Below are positions 53,526-64,000 of a DNA stretch of 64,000 bases, in pieces. Numbering within the stretch: position 1 is the stretch's first letter; every line of letters starts with the position of its first letter. The notes beneath the pieces were generated by a model. That model did not search any database and was not told the origin of the DNA. It saw only the letters and a program-made list of their open reading frames with translations. The DNA comes from Utricularia gibba (Eukaryota > Plantae > Magnoliophyta), in the NCBI GenBank assembly GCA_002189035.1, contig NEEC01000018.1:1736001-1800000 (forward strand). The letters are read 5' to 3'. A program made the position numbers and the translations under genes.

Positions 53526-55941
53526 GGCGATCCTGAATGCTTGCAGTTGCTTGGTCATCAGGGAAAAAATGTGCATTCTTTGTACGGCCTTCGTTGTTGT
53601 TGGAGGTGAGGCGCAGGACTCCATTACTGAGTTCTTTAGTCGGGGAGTGACGAAACAGGTGTATGTACCAGAATGGGTACTCGACCGTACATATCCCGAC
53701 TCTGTATTTAAAATTCACAGACTTTCTCGGTATCTAATCCAAATAACATATTTAGTTTTTAATATTTTTTAATTCAAGTATTATGTATTTTAATTATTTA
53801 TAAATTAAACATATTTACAAATTGATAACATTTCTTCCATCATGTTAATTGGGGATTAATTTTTGACATTATATGTAACAATTTAACCTCTTATTGTCTA
53901 TTTTAAGTACTCAAATTTCATGGTTTTATAATATTTTTTTTCGGAAAAATATCTCATATAAGATTAACATAATTCATATATTTAATTATGTTTTCTCCCC
54001 TATTCATAATCAATATGAGATATCGGAGCGAATCAATGAAGGATGTAAGTATCTTAGATGAATTTAAAATCAATTATGGATGGAGAATAGTACAATTTAT
54101 ATAAAGTAACATTCTCTAATATTACAAGAGTACTTTTATTCGGAAGAGAAAAATATAAAATCCATAAAAATTGGATCTCTATAATGAACAATATCGTACA
54201 AAGAAAATATAGATTATTACATTATATAATAATAAAAATTGCTTTTTAATTTTTAAATATTTTGAATTAACTATATAGTTTTGATAATAGTGTAAATGTA
54301 AATACTGTTTTATGTACAATTATGCTATTTATGTAAACATTATTGATTATTGGTTCAATTTTTCCGTACCAAAACAGTAAGGTGCTTATTTTGCTTTATT
54401 TATAATAATATTAATAATTTATAATAACTGCCCATGACCGACCGGGTCATGATCACGTGGCTGTGGAGTAGCTCACCTCCCACGCAACCCGGTGAACAAC
54501 GTCCTAGTTGCCGGCAGATTTATATAACTGTAAACTAATTACGTTTAATTAATTAATTTATATATATATATTGTAAAATACTCGAATAGCATAATTAACC
54601 ACATATCCTAAACATTAATCAGGTAAAATATATTTAAATAAATGAATAATTTCATCGCGACTTTTTTTAGATATTAAATAATAAAAATAGAATAATAGTT
54701 TTACAATGTGGTGGTTTGCAATGTGTGAAACGTTTTTGTGGTGACAAAAGTCATGCATGTGTTGAATTCAGTGGCGGTTGTCGCATTTTTTTAATTTTTT
54801 ATTAAATAATTGCGTGCCAAATTGGTGTACGGTCAACGTCATCATTCTCTCCATTGCGTGCGCATGAAATTCCACAAGACGCATCGTCATTTACGACGAT
54901 GTTTGGCGTGGAATCGTCACGACACCGACACTTGATTGGGTACGGGGGACACGGACACGGCACTCGCCAAACAACAAAAAATAACCACCAATCAAAATTT
55001 ATTTACAACAATTAATATTTATGGGGATAATTTTTGATGTAAAAGTTTGAGGGGATGTGTGTGGAATTGATTCATTTGAATCAATTATGGGAGAATAGAT
55101 AACTTTGTATTTATTTATGCCCCACATCTAGATAGATACCCACATGGCTTTCAATGCCACTTATTGTCAAATATATGTCAACAACTAACGAAATTAAGAT
55201 ATTCAAACTTTACGATTTTATGTATTTTGACAAACAAAGTCATCATATAACATTAGTGGGATTATTCTATTTAACCGCGTCTCTTATATTGTTAATAACC
55301 AATATGAGATATCGTTATAAGTTTAATTACTTTAAATATAAACTTTGTGAGAAAAAATAGTAAAAGGGTGTGTTTATTAAAGAATACGTCTATTCAAGGA
55401 ATGGAATTCTTAAAACACGTGTGTTTTAAAGGAGGTTAGTTTAATTAATGATGTTTTGTGAATTATCTGTATTTAAATAAATACATATAAATTAAAAAAA
55501 TATATATATTTATTACATGTCTTTCACACATGTGTGTATAAAATAATAATACATTTATTTCACATGTTTAGAGCATATGAAAAAGGAAATAAAAACTGGT
55601 TTGATTAAAAAATGCAAATATTAAATTTTATAAATGAAATTTTTAATAAATAAAAAAGGGGGAAGTTAATTCATCACGTGGGTCGGGAAGACTTTCCAAC
55701 AGTTAAAACAACTTTAGGATCGGGCGTCAGACGTTGTTGTAATGCTGCAATTGCAATTATTGATGGTTTTTATTTCCAGCTGCCGGCGGCGTCCGTGGCC
55801 GAGTCTGGGCCGTTGGATTTTTCAGGGACGGATGTGGCCCCCACTGGTTGAACTCTTCATACGACGACGTTTTGATTTCACACCCGCATAATAAATAGGT
55901 CACGCCACCTAGGTAGGCTGCTAGCTCAGATCTGGGTGACG

Positions 55942-56799
55942 ATGGGGAGGGCACCCTGCTGCCACAAGGTCGGCCTCCGGCGGGGGCCGTGGTCCTCCAA
56001 GGAGGACGCCTTGCTGTCCGAGTACATCCGGCAGAACGGCAAGGGACAGTGGAAGTCTCTTCCGAAGAAAGCTGGTTAGTGTTCTTTCTGGTTTTTCTAG
56101 TTAAGTTGGTTGTGTTGGGGTGTTGAGCTCTGTCGTGTGTTGTTCTGCTGAGGGTCATTGAATTGATTTGTGTGGTGTTTGGGAAATACAGGGCTGCTGA
56201 GGTGCGGCAAGAGCTGTAGACTCCGGTGGATGAACTATCTCCGGCCGGGAATCAAGCGGGGGAACATTAGCGAGGAGGAGGAGGATTTGATCGTGCGGCT
56301 CCACCGCCTTCTCGGAAACCGATGGTCCTTGATCGCCGGCAGACTCCCGGGTCGAACGGACAATGAGATAAAAAACTACTGGAACACGCATATCCTCAAG
56401 AAACGCAAGGAGCCCACCAGTCCACCGCCACCACCGTCGGTAACCACGAAGAGTAAGAAGAACAAGCGAAAGAAGGCTGGTGTGGAGGAGGAGGAGGAAC
56501 CGCCCAAGATCAAAGTTTACGCGCCGAAGGCGATCAGGGTGACCGCTAAGTTCTTCAACGCAGACGCTGGCTGTGACGCTTTGGGGAGCGGTCCGTCGTC
56601 CAGCAGCGACGCCGGAGACCCAGCCGCCCCGGCGGCGGTAGGGTCGGAGCCCTCGTTTTCGTGGTCGCCGCTGTTGGATATCACGGATTTGCCATTCGAC
56701 AACGAGCTTTTTGACACGCTGCCGGGGATCTACCCTCTGGAACCTTCTCCATGGCCGGCGGCGACGTGGGCATGGCCGCCATTTTCAGTCCCGTTGTAG
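55942..56799 (+). CDS. R2R3-MYB transcription factor, MYBPA1-like; exons 55942-56074, 56192-56799
   Basis: [37 protein letters not shown], bHLH-interaction signature [20 protein letters not shown], and C-terminal [11 protein letters not shown] resembling the KVHLPKPVRVT motif I recall for MYBPA1. Confidence 0.93.
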
Positions 56800-58185
56800 A
56801 GAATTGAAATTCAATCAATAACGCCTTCCTGGTTCTCGTCTGGAAAATCGACTTGATTTCGTGGTCGGTCATTTTAAATTCCTCAAAAACCCATTTTTTC
56901 TAAGAATTATGATTAATGTAATTACCAGAAAACCCATCCATGATTTCACAAAACGACAAAAAATCTAGGCGAAGTATCTGAGGTCTGGGAATGCGGGCCC
57001 CACTTAAGTAGTGACTGTTCCGAAAACATCTCTGTCCTCAACCCCTCGTTATCCAAAGACCAAAAAGCCCATTTCCAGGCCAGGACAAGACAGCTGTCTT
57101 TTGTAATAAATTCAACATAAAAAGTAATTAAATTATATTCCATTTTTTAAAATTTTGAAATTGTATAAATTGACCCCGGGATGATGATCATTTGCACAGT
57201 CTGCCGGCAATCAACTGCTGTCGTTGAAGATGCCGGCATCTCTGGCTCGAAATACATAGTACTCTGGGATCGCTCTTTTTCCTCCTCCACTTTTTTCTTG
57301 CACGAAGCAATGTTGGCAGTGCCTTGCGCATTGCTGTGTCCGATATTTGGGTGTCCCCATCGTCGTATTCCTCAAGTGTTCCCAAATCGCAGATATGGGA
57401 AGAGGAAAGCGCCGGCGGAGAAATCGATGATCAAGGAATCCTCACTGGAGAACTCCGCCCTTTGTTGCTATGTCTGAGATAGGTGGCGAGGGGCCGAATA
57501 GGGCTTGGGACACTGCGTTGCGGGGCGTCTAGAAGTTTAGATAAGAGCGCTGTCGATGGAGAACCGAGCTTGGACTTGGTTACGCGTAGCGGCGGCGATC
57601 TATTGCAGCCTGGGCGAGGCTGTTCCAGTTCTTGAAACAGCGATTAGGGTTCCGGAGGTGGCGAGGGGTCCAGATTCCGTTGCTCTCTGGGTCAGTTGGA
57701 TCGTTCAGTCAGTCGCTACGAAGAAGGATTGAAGATACAGATGGATGCTTTCAACAATGGTACTGAATCAGTGAGGATCAAGAACTTGAGTTCGTGGAGC
57801 ATGAGGAAGCCTTTTCATCAATGATTTTCATGAAACTCAAATAAATTTATCTCGTTCAATTATGTAAGTTTTTTGTTGTTAAAATTGTTCATTTTTTCTG
57901 TACATTTTCACGCATCATAAAAATGACGAAATAGCTGCTACACTGCTACAGCTACTTGACATCAAAATTGTTATTTAGCTCGAGGTTCCAAAGATCCCAG
58001 CAATAAGGGAGGCTATGAAGGAAAGGGAAGAAGCATTGATTGGGGGCTGGGCTGGGGGTGGATGAATTTCTTCCTGTTTTGCTACTTTCAATTTACATCT
58101 AAAAACCTTTGGAAAAATACGAAGCTGCGTGCTTCCGCCCTCGTCTGAAATCCCGAGGGCGTACCTTCGTGGCGGGTAATCAGCG

Positions 58186-60437
58186 ATGAAGCGCGGCGTA
58201 AGGGGAGCAGGTCAAGCACGAGCGCGTCAAGACGGTTTTCTTCAGCTTCGTTCCTCTCGTCGTAAGGTATTTCCTTCTCCATTTTCGCGTATGCAGTTTC
58301 GTTCATGGCAATGCGCCCGCTGCGTGTTCAAATATGCGTTTCTCCGAAAAGAAATATGGTTTAAGGTTGCTTGTGCATCTTGAATCGCGATACTAGATTT
58401 TGACTTCAAACGATATATCTGTGAGTAGGTTATGCTTTCCGATGAATCGGATGAGCTCGTGGATAATAGATCTGCAGAGAAAGATGATGTAATTAGATCT
58501 GGGGAGACATTGGCGTCTGAAATTGCTGATTGGGGAGACATAAAAACTGCATCCAGTTTCCTGAAGGATGGGAAGAATTTGCCTGAGCACCAAAGTCCAC
58601 CTAGTAATTTGTTTTCTGTGGGTAGCTAAATTATCTGCTCTATAAACGGTCACTGAAATTGTTTTCTTGTGATTTTTTGAAAAGATAGGAAACCTATGTT
58701 CAAGAAAAGTTGGAGACATGTGACCAAACTAAGCCCTTCTCAGAAGATGATCAGAGGTATGTGTAAACTGATTTATGAAGTGTCTCGTTTTAGCAGTTCA
58801 AGTTTACTGGCTTTGATGTTAGAGGGTAATGTGTTTGTAGTGTAGTGTGTTTATATACTTGACTCGCCTCTTTTTGTAGTATGTTTTATCAGTGACAGTA
58901 TGTGCGTGTTTTGCTCATTGGACGTGAGTGCAAGTTCTGTCTTGACAAAGAAATACTTGCTTGATAATCTCTTACGAATCTTTTAGATTTCAAGAAGACA
59001 GCGGCTGAAAAATTGCTTTCTTCACCAAGTTGCATCAATGTGAGGAATGTTGTAACTGGTGAGTATTTGGTTAGACACGTAGCATAACATACCATCATAT
59101 CATTTAGAAGATTATTTCAGGGAGCGGCATTTTCTGACAGACATGGCTTTAATCTGAAAGAGTGGCAGGTCCTATACACCTCTCAAGTAACACAAAAGGC
59201 AAAAAAGTTTCATGATGGCTTCTTAAAACTTATCCTCACGGGATCAGAAGGGAGGCAGGTATTGGTACCTTCACTTCTGGCTTTTCATATTTCATAGAGT
59301 TAATCTGCAGCTTCTTGAATCAGCAATTTTAGAAAAGAATCGTTTATCCTCAACCCTTTTTTTTGGTGGTGTTGTTTTCCACTATTCAATGAATTGTTTC
59401 TGGGGTCTGCTAAGTTTTATCATGCAGTTAAACTTTCTATATTCGATTGTTGTGTCTTTCCAGGTGATGCTCTACGATGCCAATCGGACACGTATTAATA
59501 GCAGGTTTCTGAAAAAGCACGAGACCATTTGCTTGGGTGGTTCACTGGCTTTAGATGGACATCTGGTGGAGATTGAAGCGTTGCATGCAGAAGACTGTAA
59601 GCCGCCTGTACAAGAGCCCACCCCGCGCAGAGAAAACTCAAAATCATACCGAAGGAATGAAAAGAAAGTTGGATTGAAAGCCATCAAGAATGCTGCAGGA
59701 GGTATATTCTAACACAAAATATTTTGTCTTCGTAGGAGTTGATTACTATAGCCAGTGAGCTTGATTTTACCATAAAATATTTACTAAGGTGGGGGATGCT
59801 TTACACCGAAGAACACCATTCCCTACGTTGGTGAGCCTAGTTCCATGGTGGTAGGCTCCAATATAGGCGGGGGAAATCGTGCAAGTAGGCACATGCGTCC
59901 TGGTAAACATGTCTTCCTATCTTGTGTTTGAATCCAGGTTACGTATCCTCTATTTGGCAACTCAGTATATAAATTTTCCTTCAGTTTACGATATTTTGTC
60001 CGCACTCAGACGACCAAACGAGAGTAACACTGTTGAACCAGCTTGTAAAACACCAGAAACTCAAGTGAATTATCATGCTGAAGATTGCCATCCAGAGGAC
60101 ACCAGAGAAGCTCTGGATGATGACTCTAAGGCAGTGGATTCAGACCAGGAAACAAAGGCCATTGCGACTGAGGGAGGAGGTGATGATTCTGAAAAGATGG
60201 CGGGATGTTCATCTGCAGGCAGTGTTCTCTCTGTACTCCTAATTTTCCTTCCTCACACTTCGTCACACTTCTGCAGGTATCATGAGTATGGTTTCACATA
60301 CCTCATCCCCTTACCGGCTCCCTGAAGACAACTGCGCACTGAAAGACCAGCCTCCTGCCGAAGAGACGATTCACACAAATGCTGGCGCATTTTCCGTGCA
60401 AAGCGACGAGCTCCCCAGTTTTGATTTGGGGTTTTGA
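58186..60437 (+). CDS. DUF2439 (ZGRF1 N-terminal-like) repeat protein; multi-exon
   Basis: EWQVLYTSQVTQKAKKFHDGFLKL...|VMLYDA.R..I.SRFLKK.E.I..G.SL.LDGHLVEI; an earlier degenerate repeat QDGFLQL..SRRK|VML.DE.D.L...KDDVIRSGETL; C-terminal ELPSFDLGF*. The first exon and some internal boundaries are uncertain. Confidence 0.75.
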
Positions 60438-60830
60438 GGTACCTTGATGCAACTTGTCAATCTCTTCTGAAGCTACCTTCTGGTTTCAAGGAACGAAGAA
60501 CAAAGCCATGGTTATGGTGATGAGTCCGGTTTCTAATCCGCCATTCAAAAGCAAACCTACGCGCGTGACATGAATTAGGTTAGAGTGCTCTTGACGCCTG
60601 AAGAAGAAGAAATTGAATTTTCAGGCCCTTAATCATTGGGCTAGAAGGTCATAAAGCGATCCGACACAACGTGCCTCATTATATACCAAATTGTTTTTAG
60701 TGTAATTGGATTTGATTGAGCGTCAGCGCTTGCGTAAGCAGTCTCCCCAGCCCAGTATCGCCTACGTATAAGAATGTTCGTTCGATCAGTGTGTGTTCAT
60801 CGCCTGGTACAGCCCGCCTCCGAAATTGCG

Positions 60831-62399
60831 ATGGCTGCTGCGAACAGGGAGTGTCTTGGTTGGGCCGCTAGAGACACCTCGGGACATCTCTCTCCTTACC
60901 AATTCGGCCGCAGGTTTATCTCCGTGCTTTCTCATTTTTATGGATTGTGGCTGCTGTGATCATATGCCTGCCCAATTGGGGTTTCTTTTTTTGTGTGTTT
61001 CATTTGATTGGTGAAGTTGAAACTCTTGTGTATGCAGGCCTGTTGGTAGTGACGATGTTTCCCTTGACATACTTTACTGTGGGGTTTGCTATGCCGATGT
61101 TGTTTGGACCAAGAGCATACATTTTAACACAAAATACCCTGTCGTCCCCGGGTATGAACATTCCCTGCTGTCCATTTTATCGAAGTTCTTATTTTTCATT
61201 TCTAAGAGCAAGGCTAGTAAGTTGCAAGATTTTAACTCTGCTTGTGGCCTTAAATATGGTTTTCTGACTTGGTAGGCATGAGATTGTTGGCGTGGTGACC
61301 CAGGTTGGGTCTAACGTGGAGCGTTTCAAGGTCGGCGACCATGTCGGAGTTGGAACATATGTGAATTCTTGCAGGGAGTGCGAGTATTGTGAGAGTGACT
61401 TGGAGATTCATTGCTCCAAGGGGGCTGTCTTCACCTTTGATGGTATTGATGATGACGGTACCGTCACAAAAGGGGGATATTCTAACTACATTGTTGTGCA
61501 TCAGAGGTGTGAGCCTCTCGCCACTATCCTTTTCCACATTTAAGACATTTCCCATGTATTGTTGAATTTGTGTGTTTTGAACAAGCAGGTATGTAATGAG
61601 GATTCCGGTAGACTACCCTCTGGAGGCAGCAGCTCCTTTGCTGTGTGCTGGAATCACTGTCTATACTCCGATGCTGAGGCATAACATGAACAAGCCCGGC
61701 AAGTCTCTAGGAGTGATTGGACTCGGAGGGCTCGGCCACTTGGCTGTGAAATTTGGAAGGGCATTTGGACTGAAAGTAGTTGTATTCAGCACAAGCATCT
61801 CCAAGAGGGAAGACGCACTGAAGCTTCTTGGGGCAGACGACTTCGTCATCTCTTCGGATGAAAAGCAGATGAAGGTGAAACTCATCATCATTTTCAAATG
61901 CATCTACCCCAATGTTGGGCTCATCCTGATTCACTTATCATTATTCTTGCAGGGGTATGTGAAGTCCTTGGACTTCATCATAAACACAGCATCAGCTGAC
62001 ATTCCCTTCGACTCATACCTGGAGCTGTTGAAGCCACTTGGTGTACTTGCTTTGGTTGGATACCCAAACAAAGTAGTTGCTGATCCAGGAAACCTTCTGT
62101 TAGGTAAAACAACCCTGCTCTTCTTTCATGACGAATCTTAACAATTACCACTGTGTATGAATCAGTTGGCTGGCAAACTGAGACGAATGGCTTGTCACAC
62201 AGGTTCAAGATCAATCGCAGGAAGTGCGACGGGCGGATTGAAACAGACGCAAGAAATGCTGGACTTCTGTGCTGCCAACAAGATCTACCCTGAGATAGAG
62301 AAGATTCCAATCCAGTACTCTAACGAGGCTCTTGAGAGACTGGTGAAAAGAGACGTCAAGTATCGCTTTGTGATCGATGTGGGGAACTCTCTCAAGTGA
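60831..62399 (+). CDS. CAD1: Probable cinnamyl alcohol dehydrogenase 1 (class III CAD-like); 6 coding exons
   Basis: [26 protein letters not shown]|[20 protein letters not shown]...[38 protein letters not shown]. Confidence 0.93.
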
Positions 62400-62608
62400 G
62401 TCCCTCGAATGCTCATATGAATAATGCACCTGCAGTGCTACTTTGTCGTTGACAATCAAGTTCAGTAAAAGAAATAAGGGGATTGTTGCATTTCTGAGTT
62501 GTGTAAACACATGTCGAGATTTGTCGTAATGAAACTTGCATCTAAGTTAAAGAGCAAAACTGGAGCATGCACCTTGTGGTAAAAAATGGGGCAGCGAGGG
62601 GCACTGGA

Positions 62609-63968
62609 TCATCGTCTCTTGTGCTTGGATTTCCCTTTGTCCATAGCACCAACGTAGTTCCTGACATCATCTTCATCGTCAACATCTTCAGCTCCTCTCT
62701 GCTTTCTTTTCTTGTCCTTGCCTTTTTCCTTGATTTTCTGTACACAAGAAAGACAAGTTTTCGTTACATAAGTTGCAACAACTCCCGCTTGTTATGTGGT
62801 GAAAAGTGAGACAACAATCACCGCTTGAGCGATTCTTTTTGCATCTTGAACGCGCTCGTATAGGAGTAGAACCTCCTCTTCGAGTGCTGGATACTCTGGT
62901 AACTTTTTACCTGAAGAAAGGACACGAAGGCCCGGTACGGTGAAAAGGTGAAGGATTCACTTCAAGAAGAACAAACAAGCTTGGTTAGCTACCTATAAGT
63001 TTCTCTATTTGTAAGTACCACTCCAACTCGTACTGATTCACGAGTGATATAGCGCACCCCGACCTGCCAGCACGAGCGGTTCTCCCTACACGATGTATGT
63101 AGTCCTGCATGGATGAGTTATGAAACGGGTCATTTGGCATGTCTTCAGCTTAATGGAGTGGTTCTTTTGGCAACAAAACAAAGAGGTGAAGGTGAACAGG
63201 AGTGAGTAGAACAGGAACAAGTCTCAAAAAAGGAGAAGAAACGGGTTCTATTACGATGCCATAGAAGAAGAGCATTGACCTTTGAGTTTGTTGGTATGTC
63301 GTAGTTGATGACAACATCTACCGCAGGAATGTCGAGCCCTCTGCTGGCAACGTCAGTGCACACAAGAATTTTGCATTCTCCACCTTTGAACTTGTTCAAG
63401 GCTCCAAGCCTTTTGCTCTGCATTGTAAGGAGAGTTCATGTAGCAATTTTGAAGAGACAAATGATGAAGAAAATCCTGCTTCTGACTTTGGAAACACAAA
63501 TGATTGCAGAATGCACACCTGGGTCAAATGTCCATTAATTGGAATGGATCGAAACCCAAGGTTCCGAAGAAGTTCAGCCAAAAGGATTGTTGCATCACAT
63601 GTTCTAGTGAAAACCATAGACGTGCTTTCTGACATCTCAGTCAGAATATATACAAGGTAGCAGTCCTGGTGCGGGGAAAATGTAAGAAAAAAAATATTGA
63701 AATGGCGCTCCAATATTCTATGGAGAAAACATCAGGATATGCAGACCTTGTGCTTGGCGGGGAGAAATCGATACTGTTGCTTGAGGGTATCTACAGTTGA
63801 GTACTTGCTAGCAGCTTCTATCTAAGATTAGACAAACAAGTGAATAAAAAGGCACTACTTTGCAGCTAATCAATACAGGGAATAAAACTGTGACGAAATG
63901 AACTGAAATTAACCAGCATAATGATACCTTTACAGGATTTTTCAAACAAGCCCTCTGCAACTTCTTAA
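62609..63968 (-). CDS. RH10: DEAD-box RNA helicase RH10 (DDX47/Rrp3 type), 3' part; the gene continues beyond the window end
   Basis: [81 protein letters not shown]|[36 protein letters not shown] and a lysine-rich tail. Confidence 0.93.
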
Positions 63969-64000
63969 CCTGCAAAAATATAAGAAAGCATGGAGCACAA

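Noticed and set aside
50260-53800. Active autonomous hAT element with TIRs
   Set aside because: No terminal inverted repeats or 8-bp target duplication found by eye, and the catalytic motifs are altered.
53850-55100. Paired AT-rich blocks (tggggat(t)aattttt..., aatcaattatgg...gagaatag) as a MITE
   Set aside because: Short, degenerate direct similarities with no definable TIR or TSD; not distinguishable from low-complexity background without a genome-wide search.

Overview
Gene-dense plant (eudicot-like) nuclear DNA. I can support 21 protein-coding genes (one running off the right edge), one tRNA-Ala(AGC) gene and one decayed RCC1-family pseudogene, about one gene per 3 kb. Introns are very short (many 55-95 nt) and spacers are AT-rich, which suggests a miniaturised genome; the taxon cannot be fixed from sequence alone. 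Gene order: BED/hAT-derived gene, AP-3 delta, core-2/I-branching GT, tRNA-Ala, HD-Zip I, OB-fold protein, BXL6, class II TPS, PP2C, MKP1, RCC1 pseudogene, PRP16/DEAH7, DUF3537, RPL17, ERMP1, F-box/MYND, DUF3339, TBC RabGAP, DUF659 hAT-derived gene, R2R3-MYB, DUF2439 protein, CAD1-like, RH10 (partial). Main points of interest: (1) an intact, spliced DUF659-type hAT transposase gene with catalytic-motif substitutions, a candidate domesticated transposase; (2) an inverted triplication/long hairpin directly upstream of the GT gene; (3) a deletion-riddled pseudogene; (4) GC3 rising towards the 3' end of two genes; (5) four single-base losses in C/G homopolymers that break otherwise intact genes and are most likely assembly errors. 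Exon boundaries were placed by eye, and family assignments come from remembered motifs, not database searches.
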